IMG/VR virus record: IMGVR_UViG_3300042691_043155
Location: 2,644-66,643 of that record
Strand: one strand, 5' to 3'
DNA length: 64,000 nt
Source: a virus
Shown: positions 9,866 through 18,709 of the stretch, in pieces
How positions within the stretch are numbered: the stretch's first letter is position 1
Layout of the letters: the number at the start of each line of letters is the position of its first letter
Program-made: the position numbers and the translations under genes
The notes under the pieces: generated by a model
What the model saw: the letters and a program-made list of their open reading frames with translations, nothing else
Database searches by the model: none
What the model was told of the DNA's origin: nothing

Positions 9866-10537
9866 TTATTTAACTTTTATTTTATATGCTTTTTCAACTT
9901 TAGCTCCTCTTAAATCATATTTAGATAAATCAACATTTTCAATTTTACCTAAAGTTTTTAATTTACCTATTTTATTTTCAATTGGTTTTAAAGAACAAAA
10001 AGCAATAGTTCCACCTACTTCAGATACTTTTGACTCCATTCTAGATGAAGCATTTACAGCATTTCCGAAAAAGTCTCTTAACTCAACCTTTTGAATACTA
10101 TATGTTTTTTCATCCATATGACCTTCACAAATACCAACTCTTAAACTATAAGCTTTTTCATTAAGTATAAGTTCTTTTGAGAATTTAATAGCATTGAATA
10201 ATGAGTTCTCATTTGGTTCAAAATAAACCATGAAAGCATCACCAATTGTTTTAACAATCCATCCATTATTTTTAGAAGCTAAACTATCCACTAATTTATG
10301 ATGAGCTTCTAATTGACCAATCATAGTAACTGGATCATCAGACCACATTTTTGATGAACCTACAACATCAGTAAAAACCATTGTTGGAACTGGTCCCGAT
10401 TTTTTCTGTAATTCTGGACTTTCTTTATATTCTTTTTGAGCTTGTGTTAAAACTCTTTCGGATCTTACATTTGATTTATTATCAGTTGGTTCTTGCTCAT
10501 CAGCTTCAAATAAACGAAAATTATTGATGTGTTTCAT
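9866..10537 (-). CDS. Class III nucleotide cyclase, adenylyl-type, with N-terminal tag
   Basis: VFTDVVGSS, VKTIGDAFM, LRVGI, DFFGNAVNASSRMES; Lys/Asp specificity pair typical of adenylyl cyclases. Confidence 0.9.
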   Translation of the reverse strand: MKHINNFRLFEADEQEPTDNKSNVRSERVLTQAQKEYKESPELQKKSGPVPTMVFTDVVGSSKMWSDDPVTMIGQLEAHHKLVDSLASKNNGWIVKTIGDAFMVYFEPNENSLFNAIKFSKELILNEKAYSLRVGICEGHMDEKTYSIQKVELRDFFGNAVNASSRMESKVSEVGGTIAFCSLKPIENKIGKLKTLGKIENVDLSKYDLRGAKVEKAYKIKVK

Positions 10538-10856
10538 TTGTTAGTTTATTTTTTATAAGAGCACACTTTTCATACTCTTCTTTTTCTTCTAATTCAGGAA
10601 GTAATTTTTTCAATTCATATACATCATTTAGTTCTAAACAAACCCAGAACTTTATATCAGATAAATCACTATAATCTTCGATATAATGATCGATTATATC
10701 ATTTACTTCATTACTATGTTCAGCTTTCATAAAGATATCTTCCCACTTATCTATACAGTTTCTTTTTAGATAATCTAATATCTCATCAACTATAACTTCA
10801 ATATGTAATTCTTTTTCTGTTGAAAAATTCTCATTAAATCTTTTTAAGTATTTCAT
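10521..10856 (-). CDS. Hypothetical protein with MKYLKRFNE tag and C-terminal UVR-like motif
   Basis: EEKEEYEKCALIKNKL resembles UvrB/C motif. Confidence 0.7.
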   Translation of the reverse strand: MKYLKRFNENFSTEKELHIEVIVDEILDYLKRNCIDKWEDIFMKAEHSNEVNDIIDHYIEDYSDLSDIKFWVCLELNDVYELKKLLPELEEKEEYEKCALIKNKLTNETHQ

Positions 10857-10901
10857 AATATAAAAAAAAATAGTTTTATATATATATATATTAAATCAAC
10901 A

Positions 10902-11696
10902 TTATTGATTTTTCTGCCAATAGTTTTTACCAGGCATTTCTAATTTATTTTTTTTAATACACCAAGTTACTTGCCTTGCTGTCACATTTAGTTCCTTAGC
11001 TATTTTTGGGACTGACATTTTCCAGATTAGTGGTTTTATTAGTTCTAATAATTCACTATCATCTTTGAAATAACCATCTTTTCTTTTCTCTTTTGTTTTA
11101 AGAAAAACATTTTTGTAAAAATCCTCCAAATCAGACTTCAAATATTCTTCTCTCTTCTCATCAAAGTTTATAAAACAATATTTACCAAGTAAATATAGAG
11201 AAACTTTATCATACATCTCAGCTGCTTCAATTTCACTATTTGTGAATTTAACTTTTGATATTTGATTATTATCAAATCTACACATCCAAGATTTTTTACT
11301 TTCCTTCCAATAAACACCTTTATACTTTGATGATTTTTTATTATTTGGTTTATAACTAGTTCCTAATCTAAAGGTAGATAGATGTTTTTTCAACTCATCA
11401 TCAACAAATTTATTATCACCACAACCTCTTATATTATAACCATTTGGTCTGTATGTATTATACTTTTCTGCATATTTAACTTCTAATTTGTTTAACTCAT
11501 CAATATCTTTAACATTATCTTCTAATATTTCAAAATCAAAATTTTCTAACCCGTATTTATCAACCGAGTTTTTAAGAATTATGTTGTGTGTATATTTTAA
11601 CCAATCACCACCTTTGTATCTTTTATTGAAACTATGAACAGATTGTCCTATATAAGATTTGCAATTTATTTTATTAAAAATTCTATATATTATCAT
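10902..11696 (-). CDS. GIY-YIG homing endonuclease with AP2-like DNA-binding domain
   Basis: IIYRIFNKINCKSYIGQS...GYNI; SSKYKGVYW..SKKSW..EIEAAEMYD. Confidence 0.88.
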   Translation of the reverse strand: MIIYRIFNKINCKSYIGQSVHSFNKRYKGGDWLKYTHNIILKNSVDKYGLENFDFEILEDNVKDIDELNKLEVKYAEKYNTYRPNGYNIRGCGDNKFVDDELKKHLSTFRLGTSYKPNNKKSSKYKGVYWKESKKSWMCRFDNNQISKVKFTNSEIEAAEMYDKVSLYLLGKYCFINFDEKREEYLKSDLEDFYKNVFLKTKEKRKDGYFKDDSELLELIKPLIWKMSVPKIAKELNVTARQVTWCIKKNKLEMPGKNYWQKNQ

Positions 11697-11739
11697 AATA
11701 TATATATTAAAAAAGCTTATTTTTGTAAAAAATATCTAT

Positions 11740-12666
11740 ATGAATCGAGTAGGTTATTGTTGTATAAACATTTCTATAAATAATGGTAAGAAGAAAAAAG
11801 ACTTCATAACCGTAAATAGAGGAATGACTAAGAAAACCTTTGAAACAAAAGGTTTAGAATATGTCACTGAGTTAGCACTCTTGAATATAGATGATATGTT
11901 CAAGATTATAAAATGGAATAAGGAAAATGATATATTAGTTTACAGAATGTCTAGTGATATTCTACCTTGTATCGGATTCTATAAAATAGAAAATCTACCA
12001 AAATTTGATATAATATCAAAAAAGTTAAAAGAAATTGGTGACTATGCTAAAAGTGTAGATATGAGATTATCATTCCATCCAACCCACTTTTGTATACCTG
12101 CTAGTGAAAATCCAGTTGTAGTTAAAAACGCAATTGATGAATTAGATAAACATGCTCAAATTATGGATTTAATGGGTTTAGATCAAACTCACTATTATCC
12201 AATTAATATACACGTAAACACAACAAAACCAACCAGAGAAGAGGCAGCTGAAAGATTTTGTACTCAATTTTATAATTTAAGCGAGTCTTGTAGAAAGAGA
12301 TTAGTTGTTGAGAATGATGATGGACCTAACCAATACTCAACCAAAATGTTATATGATCTAATATATACTAAAATTGGTATTCCAATAACTCATGACTTTC
12401 ACCATCATAATTACGGACCACAAGATATTTCTCAAGAAGAGGCGATAAAACTTGCTTGTTCCACATGGGGTGATGTAAAACCAATGACTCACATTAGTTC
12501 ACCTAAAATATTAGAAGATGCAGCAGGCAGAGAAACAGCACACGCTGACTATATTTATGAAGAGATTCAAACGTTTGGTCTTGAATTTGATACAGAGATT
12601 GAAGCAAAAGCCAAAGATTTGGCGGTTATCAAGTATAGAAGTCAGTTTCAAGTACTCAAAGGCTAA
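11740..12666 (+). CDS. uvsE: UV DNA damage endonuclease UvsE/UvdE (start corrected to MNRVGYCC)
   Basis: GYCCIN, YRMSSD, RLSFHP, INIHV, RLVVENDD, HDFHHH, AHADY, EIEAKAKD. Confidence 0.95.
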   Translation: MNRVGYCCINISINNGKKKKDFITVNRGMTKKTFETKGLEYVTELALLNIDDMFKIIKWNKENDILVYRMSSDILPCIGFYKIENLPKFDIISKKLKEIGDYAKSVDMRLSFHPTHFCIPASENPVVVKNAIDELDKHAQIMDLMGLDQTHYYPINIHVNTTKPTREEAAERFCTQFYNLSESCRKRLVVENDDGPNQYSTKMLYDLIYTKIGIPITHDFHHHNYGPQDISQEEAIKLACSTWGDVKPMTHISSPKILEDAAGRETAHADYIYEEIQTFGLEFDTEIEAKAKDLAVIKYRSQFQVLKG

Positions 12667-12931
12667 GTTTAAAGTAGGTGATGAAGTTTTAATCAAAACA
12701 CGTATAAATACCTTTGATGGGTTTTTTAAACATGGAATTATATTAGAAGTTGTTTTATCACCTAAACTACGTGGTGATAGTCTTGACGAATGGTATTATA
12801 GAGTTGAATATGATCCACTTGAAGGTAGAAGTTCGGAAAATCATAAATACACTGATTACTTTAATGAAACCGAATTAGATTACACATTACAAACGAAAAG
12901 AGATAATAAACTAAAGGAACTTGGATTATGA
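12557..12931 (+). CDS. Hypothetical protein (KFKVGD...FNE.ELDY family), C-terminal RDNKLKELGL tag; start uncertain
   Basis: Paralog of 13320-13607; overlaps uvsE 3' end in +1 frame. Confidence 0.7.
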   Translation: MKRFKRLVLNLIQRLKQKPKIWRLSSIEVSFKYSKAKFKVGDEVLIKTRINTFDGFFKHGIILEVVLSPKLRGDSLDEWYYRVEYDPLEGRSSENHKYTDYFNETELDYTLQTKRDNKLKELGL

Positions 12932-13323
12932 AAAATTATATACTCATAAAGTTACCTAATACTATTAATTGGTATTCAAAAGGAAAGACTATAACAGATT
13001 TAATGTATAGCTCAAAACCTCTTATAACTAATCACACAATTGATAGTTTAATCAGATGTGGCTTACAAAAAAGTTACCAAGATGATTATAGAAAATATGA
13101 AGGTCCGTTCAGTGTTATAGTAGATACTCTTAGACTTGATGGTATAAGAATGGATTATTGGTATGACGACCTAAAAGATAAAGGATTTGGAGTTATATCC
13201 AGAAATGAATTGGTTATAGATAAAAGGAAATTCGAATCAATTCCTAATATATTTAAAGATTGGTTAAACCCCATTATTGTAATGGAGACAAGAGATAATA
13301 AACTAAGAGAATTGGGAATATGA
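12928..13323 (+). CDS. Hypothetical protein, C-terminal RDNKLRELGI tag
   Basis: ATGA overlaps on both sides. Confidence 0.8.
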   Translation: MKNYILIKLPNTINWYSKGKTITDLMYSSKPLITNHTIDSLIRCGLQKSYQDDYRKYEGPFSVIVDTLRLDGIRMDYWYDDLKDKGFGVISRNELVIDKRKFESIPNIFKDWLNPIIVMETRDNKLRELGI

Positions 13324-13607
13324 TTTGGACTATATGGATATTAATAAAATCACTCTTTAAAAAGAAGGAAATAAATAAATCTCCTAAGTTTAAAGTTGGT
13401 GATGAATTGAAAATTAATAGCGAATTCTATAAAAATAGAGAAGGTGTTGTTTTGGAAGTTTCTGAACATTTTGTTGATATATGGATTTATCAAGTTGAAA
13501 TTAAAATGGATGATGGTTATAATCATATTCAATACTTTAATGAAAACGAATTAGATTATCCATTATGGAAGAAAAGAGATGATAGATTAAAAGAGTTAGG
13601 AATATGA
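13320..13607 (+). CDS. Hypothetical protein (KFKVGD family), C-terminal RDDRLKELGI tag
   Basis: Paralog of 12557-12931. Confidence 0.8.
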   Translation: MIWTIWILIKSLFKKKEINKSPKFKVGDELKINSEFYKNREGVVLEVSEHFVDIWIYQVEIKMDDGYNHIQYFNENELDYPLWKKRDDRLKELGI

Positions 13608-13804
13608 AAGAAAATACGTTAAGAGAAAATATAAAACCTGGTTTAAGAGTTTTAATAGTTTTAAAGAAGGATCAGAAAAGTGGAATACTAACAGAAGGTA
13701 TTGTTAAAGATTTACTAACTAAAGTGCCTAAGCATCACAGAGGTATAAAAGTTAGATTAGAAGATGGCCAAATAGGAAGAGTGCAAGAAATTTTAGATAT
13801 ATAA
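13604..13804 (+). CDS. YwbE (DUF2196) family protein
   Basis: IKPGLRVLIVLKKDQKSGILTEGIVKDLLT...HHRGIKVRLEDGQIGRVQ. Confidence 0.88.
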   Translation: MKENTLRENIKPGLRVLIVLKKDQKSGILTEGIVKDLLTKVPKHHRGIKVRLEDGQIGRVQEILDI

Positions 13805-13808
13805 GTCT

Positions 13809-14489
13809 ATGAGAAAAAGTAAATTAGAAAAAATTGTATGGTTCATAGTTATGAACTTTTTAATCATGTCAAGTGTTTTATCACAAAATGTGGTTAGTAA
13901 AAATGGTTTAGTGATTGACCACGGCGACGTTAAACTTTATTTAGATGATGATACAACATCAATGGTATCAATACACAAACTAAAATATGAAAACTTTTTA
14001 AAACTAGGTAGTGTTGCTAGAGGAAACAACTGGTATGATGATACTTACAAAGGTAAATACTTACCAGTTAAATATAAGAAAAGTGGATTTGATAAAGGAC
14101 ACTTAACACCTTCACACATAACTACATATGATAGTATTACAAATAGAAATACTTTCAGTATGTTTAACGCAGCTCCTCAATATCCGTATTTTAATGAACA
14201 TCCTTGGCAAGAATTAGAAGCTGATGTAGAAGATAGTATTAAGAAATATAAATCAGATGTTATTATAATTACTGGTGTTATTTATAATGAGAATAAGAAA
14301 AATTATATACCAAAATCACGAATTAAAATACCAACACATTATTTTAAAATAGTTACAATTGGATCAAAGACTTGGGTTTGGTTAGGAGTTAATGCTGATG
14401 GTAAGAAAGATTGTATAGTTACAGTAACAACACTTGAAGATTTAAACAACCGATTTAAAGTCAATGGTATGAAAGTTAGAATTAAATAA
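13809..14489 (+). CDS. DNA/RNA non-specific endonuclease (NucA/EndA family) with signal peptide
   Basis: SGFDKGHLTP, TFSMFNAAPQ..FN...WQELE, IPTHYFKIV; hydrophobic N-terminus. Confidence 0.9.
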   Translation: MRKSKLEKIVWFIVMNFLIMSSVLSQNVVSKNGLVIDHGDVKLYLDDDTTSMVSIHKLKYENFLKLGSVARGNNWYDDTYKGKYLPVKYKKSGFDKGHLTPSHITTYDSITNRNTFSMFNAAPQYPYFNEHPWQELEADVEDSIKKYKSDVIIITGVIYNENKKNYIPKSRIKIPTHYFKIVTIGSKTWVWLGVNADGKKDCIVTVTTLEDLNNRFKVNGMKVRIK

Positions 14490-14532
14490 ATTAAATCCTG
14501 TTTTTATAACAGGATTTTTTTATCTTTGTACT

Positions 14533-14850
14533 ATGAAAGAAAAAATATTTAAACTGGCTAAAATAGAAGCCGAATGGATGAGGTACTACGGTCATATCGA
14601 CTCTAGAATTAGTGAAACTTTTGAAGATATAAACTTTTATGAGAGAATGTTACCAATTGGTTATTCTAAAGTTTATACACCATTAGTTAATAAATGTCCG
14701 ATGGGTTATGTCAATAGCTTAGATCTTGAAAAGGTTGAAGTTGTTTATGGTCCGAGAAATCATGAGAAAGGAGTTTACACACCACTAGAATATGTTATCT
14801 ACAACAAAGTTGATGGGTATTTAGATTTAATCAAACTGATAAAAGGCTAG
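14533..14850 (+). CDS. Hypothetical protein
   Basis: 105-aa ORF preceded by host-type TATCTTTG (14521-14528). Confidence 0.75.
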   Translation: MKEKIFKLAKIEAEWMRYYGHIDSRISETFEDINFYERMLPIGYSKVYTPLVNKCPMGYVNSLDLEKVEVVYGPRNHEKGVYTPLEYVIYNKVDGYLDLIKLIKG

Positions 14851-15302
14851 TTTGAAATTACTTCAATACCCAATTTTAATTTACTCAAATATTCCATATT
14901 ATAATCTTCTATATAATAATTTGGATACTCATCTTTAATATTATCTGATGCACCTATTATAGTATTTACCAAACTCTTTAATTCATCACACCAATTGGAA
15001 ATTTCACTATTGGAATCTGGGATACTTTCAATGTATTTTTCTATTTTTATACCTATTATTTCTTTTTCGTAATCACCATTTTCTGATCTAAAATATTTTT
15101 CTATTTCGGAATGCAATAGAAAATCACTCTCAAGCCATCTATCATATTTTTTATATTGATATTTATAATAAACTTTAGAATTATCAATTTCTATTAAGTC
15201 AATTAGACAATTCGTAACATATTCCAAGTCAAGTTCTTCTTTCTTCTTACCACCAATAGAGATAGCTTCGTTATACTTTTTATAATTCTTAATATTTTTC
15301 AT
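14847..15302 (-). CDS. Hypothetical protein with MKNIKNYKKYNE tag
   Basis: TTAATATATA 4 nt upstream. Confidence 0.75.
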   Translation of the reverse strand: MKNIKNYKKYNEAISIGGKKKEELDLEYVTNCLIDLIEIDNSKVYYKYQYKKYDRWLESDFLLHSEIEKYFRSENGDYEKEIIGIKIEKYIESIPDSNSEISNWCDELKSLVNTIIGASDNIKDEYPNYYIEDYNMEYLSKLKLGIEVISN

Positions 15303-15333
15303 AAAGTATATATTAAAATATACATTACAAAAA

Positions 15334-16083
15334 TCATCTTGATACCCATTTATAAGTTTTACCTTTAATTATATCAGAAACACAACTTTTTGATATACCA
15401 TATTTATTACTAAGTTTATCATAAGATAATTTGTTATTATTATAATCAAATATTAAATTTAATACTTCATCTTCTCTCAACTTTGAATTTCTTTTCGAAT
15501 TTTCAATACTATAAATTTCTAGCATTTTAGAATATGGTTCAATATTATCATAATTACCATCTTTATATTTCCATAAGAATCCCGTGTGATGTATAACACC
15601 CTTCTCGATACCAGTCAATTTAATATTGTTCTGCCTTTCTGCTTCTGACTTACTTGGATACTCCTCTATAAAAATACCATTTAAATCATATTTCAATGTT
15701 ACATAACTCATACTGATTAATTGAGATTTTGGCATTTTCTTACCTTTATTCGATTTGGAGATTTTTTCTTTAGTTTCATCAGAAATTTTTCTACATTCTT
15801 TGGAAAATCCACCATATCCACCATCAGTTAAATTATAATAATCATCACTATCAACCGCATTTTTTTCTGATATTAAATATCTTTCATATTCTCTAGCGTC
15901 ATTTTCATTATCAAATACTTTTATAATATTTTTCTCAAAATTCTCCCTACCATATTTCTTTATAGCTCTAACTAATAGTTTTCCTGATCCTAAATATTTT
16001 TTAGACTTCTTCTCATTTTTGGTTACACAAACCCCAATGTATTTTTTACCATTAATCAAATTTTTTGTTTCATATACATACAT
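15334..16083 (-). CDS. GIY-YIG (Seg-like) homing endonuclease with NUMOD3/NUMOD1 motifs
   Basis: YVYETKNLINGKKYIG, YLGSG, YYNLTDGG; ISDETKEKISKSNKGK; YDLNGIFIEEYPSKSEAER. Confidence 0.92.
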   Translation of the reverse strand: MYVYETKNLINGKKYIGVCVTKNEKKSKKYLGSGKLLVRAIKKYGRENFEKNIIKVFDNENDAREYERYLISEKNAVDSDDYYNLTDGGYGGFSKECRKISDETKEKISKSNKGKKMPKSQLISMSYVTLKYDLNGIFIEEYPSKSEAERQNNIKLTGIEKGVIHHTGFLWKYKDGNYDNIEPYSKMLEIYSIENSKRNSKLREDEVLNLIFDYNNNKLSYDKLSNKYGISKSCVSDIIKGKTYKWVSR

Positions 16084-16087
16084 AATT

Positions 16088-16123
16088 GACTTTAAATTTT
16101 AATATATATTAAAATTTAAAGTC
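16088..16123. promoter_or_regulatory. Perfect 36-bp palindrome containing the TTAATATATA motif, directly upstream of the GIY-YIG gene
   Basis: gactttaaattttaatatatattaaaatttaaagtc equals its reverse complement. Confidence 0.75.
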
Positions 16124-16128
16124 TTCCA

Positions 16129-16527
16129 TTATCTACGCACCGAACTAAATCTATCCTTTATTATTTCTGATATTGGAACAGGTCCTCCCTCATCATCAAT
16201 TTGAACAAAAACCATTTTTGTGGAACAAACTAACTTCTCTTGAGATGTTTGAACATTATACTTTCTAGCTTCTAGATTTATAGTAATTGATGTGTTACCT
16301 ATACTATTTACAGATCCATATATTTTAATCAAGTTTCCAACTTTTACAGGATTTTGAAAAACAACCTCTTCAACTTTTTTAGTTACAATATTTGTTGTTT
16401 CACACACTTGATAAGCAAATGCTGCTCCAGCTTCATCTAGAAAAGACATCATATTACCACCAAATAAATTATTATTTACTCCTAAATCCAGAGTCATACA
16501 TATCTTAGTTGTTATTAATTCCATCAT
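16129..16527 (-). CDS. Acyl-CoA thioesterase (hotdog, YciA-like)
   Basis: DLGVNNNLFGGNMMSFLDEAG, VFQNPVKVG, IGNTSI, VFVQID. Confidence 0.9.
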   Translation of the reverse strand: MMELITTKICMTLDLGVNNNLFGGNMMSFLDEAGAAFAYQVCETTNIVTKKVEEVVFQNPVKVGNLIKIYGSVNSIGNTSITINLEARKYNVQTSQEKLVCSTKMVFVQIDDEGGPVPISEIIKDRFSSVRR

Positions 16528-16760
16528 AATCCTAAATCATTTAGTTTTTCATCTCTTATCATCATCTTCAATTCCTCAAACATTCTTACCACACCAGGTC
16601 CAAAGTCTTTTAAATCAGTCATACTCAATCTATAAATATATTTATTCCCGGTTTTTTTGTGTATGAATTCGTATACCGGCCTCATAGTATATTTATCAAT
16701 AATCATTTCACTATCATAGTAATGACTCAATTTTTCTAATTCTTGAGATAAATCTTTCAT
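16524..16760 (-). CDS. Small hypothetical protein, C-terminal RDEKLNDLGL tag
   Basis: Overlapping stop/start junctions. Confidence 0.75.
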   Translation of the reverse strand: MKDLSQELEKLSHYYDSEMIIDKYTMRPVYEFIHKKTGNKYIYRLSMTDLKDFGPGVVRMFEELKMMIRDEKLNDLGL

Positions 16761-17209
16761 AACCAATCATATTTTACTATTTCTACTCCAGCATCTCTTA
16801 AAAACTCTAAACCGGTTATATCTTTATAATCTTCAACATAAACTAATCTTTTAATTCCGGATTGTAAAATTAGTTTAGAGCAATCACGACAAGGAGAATG
16901 TGTTTGATAAAGAGTTCCACCATCACAAGAATGACCGTGTCTAGCACACTTTAGAATAGCATTAGCTTCACCGTGAATAACATCCCACTTAGTTTCTCCG
17001 TTATCCATTTCACATGCGTTATCTTGACCAGCAGCAGTTCCGTTATAACCATCAGAGATAATCATACCATTCTTAACTATAAGAGCACCAACTTGCTTTC
17101 TAGTACAGTGTGAAAGTTTAGCCCATTCACGAGCCATATTTAAATAAGTTCTGTCGTATCTTTCTTGTTTTTTCAAGTCATACACTACTTTATCAAATTG
17201 GTTTGCCAT
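16757..17209 (-). CDS. dCMP deaminase (ComEB-like)
   Basis: SHCTRKQVGA, GYNG, HGEANA, SPCRDC zinc motifs. Confidence 0.95.
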   Translation of the reverse strand: MANQFDKVVYDLKKQERYDRTYLNMAREWAKLSHCTRKQVGALIVKNGMIISDGYNGTAAGQDNACEMDNGETKWDVIHGEANAILKCARHGHSCDGGTLYQTHSPCRDCSKLILQSGIKRLVYVEDYKDITGLEFLRDAGVEIVKYDWL

Positions 17210-17348
17210 ATATTCTTTTAATTTTAGATTTTCTAATATCAGTTTTTGAAATTTTCAAAATTTTATCCATTATATAATCAGTGTCGAAATAACCAGTTGT
17301 CATTGTGTCTTTCAATATGTCTTTCAATATGTCATATTTATTTACCAT
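17193..17348 (-). CDS. 51-aa small ORF (not in ORF track) ending IRKSKIKRIYGKPI
   Basis: MVNKYDILKDILKDTMTTGYFDTDYIMDKILKISKTDIRKSKIKRIYGKPI fills the gap and overlaps both neighbours. Confidence 0.6.
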   Translation of the reverse strand: MVNKYDILKDILKDTMTTGYFDTDYIMDKILKISKTDIRKSKIKRIYGKPI

Positions 17349-17520
17349 AAATCTTTTTTATTTTTTCTCTACGGTTTTTTACCAAGACATAATTTTCATA
17401 AATGTCCATTACTTCTTGATTGACAACTATATAGTTACCAGATGATTTTGACTTCTTTGATATCTCTTCAGAAGCTTTTAATATCTTATCATAAATCGAA
17501 GATTGATAGTTCATCACCAA
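17338..17520 (-). CDS. Small hypothetical protein ending NRREKIKKIYGK
   Basis: Tag variant; operon position. Confidence 0.65.
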   Translation of the reverse strand: MVMNYQSSIYDKILKASEEISKKSKSSGNYIVVNQEVMDIYENYVLVKNRREKIKKIYGK

Positions 17521-17896
17521 GTAAATTATCTAATTTTTCATTTCTTTCTCTTTCGAGTATAGTCTGAATTAGTTTCAATTCAATGTGTGTTATATCAAAA
17601 TATCCAGGTTCACCGGTTTCATAGTCACCTCTATACAATTTCATAATAACTTTGAATTCATATTCGCCATCAGTGCTAACACCATCTTCTTCATCAAATG
17701 CGTAATCCTCTAAACATTCTATGATATCTTCATCAGAACCTCTTCCAATAATTCTATAATATGAATCTTTATTTAGATTTTTGAAAGTATATCCAGTTTC
17801 ACTGATAACTATATCACACCAACCTATAATAACAACGACACTCTCTTCTAATTCGAGAATGTCGTACATTATTTCTTTCCAATCATTATCTATCAT
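17489..17896 (-). CDS. Acidic hypothetical protein, ERNEKLDNLL tag
   Basis: 135-aa ORF. Confidence 0.75.
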   Translation of the reverse strand: MIDNDWKEIMYDILELEESVVVIIGWCDIVISETGYTFKNLNKDSYYRIIGRGSDEDIIECLEDYAFDEEDGVSTDGEYEFKVIMKLYRGDYETGEPGYFDITHIELKLIQTILERERNEKLDNLLGDELSIFDL

Positions 17897-18495
17897 TGGT
17901 TATCTTTAAGTTCTTGAATTCTATCTCTTAATTCAGCAGCGATTTCATACTCTTCATTTTCAAGAGCTTTTTCCATCATCTTTTCTAAATCTTCGATTGA
18001 AACAATTCTTTTTCTTGGTTTAGCATCTTTTATTTCTATATGAAGATCATCATCATCATCATCATTTTCAATTTCAGTTCCATCATCATTGATATTAATA
18101 CCAGCACTTGATAAAACATCTTCTGAAATCATAATTGGGCAACTATAAATCAAAGATAATGTAATAGCATCTCCAATATTACATTCAATTTCGATATCTT
18201 CAACACCGTTGTTTGTTACTATTTTACAATAGAAAACACCTTCTACAATTGTTTGTATGAATACTTCTTGAACGTCAATACTAAAAGAGTCTGTTAAAGA
18301 TTTAAAAAGATCATGTGTCAAAGGTCTCGGTGACTTAATCTTTTCAAGTTTCAAAGCAATTTGTTGAGCATCAGTTGCTTTAACAACAACTGGAATCTTT
18401 CTATTACCTTTTACTTCTGATAGTACGACTATATAAGATCCTGCTTGAGTTTGACTATAAGATAAACCTAATACTTTTAATTTTTTCCTTTTCAT
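17893..18495 (-). CDS. Bifunctional nuclease (DUF151) with C-terminal UVR domain
   Basis: LSYSQTQAGSY, PRPLTHDLF, EGVFY, ALENEEYEIAAELRDRI. Confidence 0.92.
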   Translation of the reverse strand: MKRKKLKVLGLSYSQTQAGSYIVVLSEVKGNRKIPVVVKATDAQQIALKLEKIKSPRPLTHDLFKSLTDSFSIDVQEVFIQTIVEGVFYCKIVTNNGVEDIEIECNIGDAITLSLIYSCPIMISEDVLSSAGININDDGTEIENDDDDDDLHIEIKDAKPRKRIVSIEDLEKMMEKALENEEYEIAAELRDRIQELKDNQ

Positions 18496-18511
18496 AGTTA
18501 TTATATTTATT

Positions 18512-18709
18512 TTAACTCAAAGGTTTGATTTCATATTCCATAAAACCATCACCACCATCTAACTCAACAATTTCCAATCCGTATGATTTTAGTTGTGATG
18601 CTATTCTATCAACAACATCATTTGGTTGATCATCATACCAAATCTTAAATTTAACTTCTTCTTTCATCATCTTTATTTTTACAATTATCTCCCCTGTGGA
18701 TAAAATCAA
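18512..18709 (-). CDS. Small hypothetical protein
   Basis: 65-aa ORF, start uncertain. Confidence 0.6.
   Translation of the reverse strand: MILSTGEIIVKIKMMKEEVKFKIWYDDQPNDVVDRIASQLKSYGLEIVELDGGDGFMEYEIKPLS

Noticed and set aside
9866-10856. Pycsar/CBASS defence system (cyclase; patatin at 59661)
   Set aside because: Cyclase has adenylyl-type specificity residues and no adjacent effector; the patatin is 49 kb away with no CD-NTase nearby
10878-10890. (TA)n microsatellite as a phase-variation site
   Set aside because: Short, intergenic and part of the TTAATATATA motif; no evidence of variability from a single sequence
12890-13607. C-terminal RDxKL tag as a DNA repeat or translation-initiation signal for the next gene
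   Set aside because: Synonymous codons vary and the tag also ends genes followed by terminators or convergent genes
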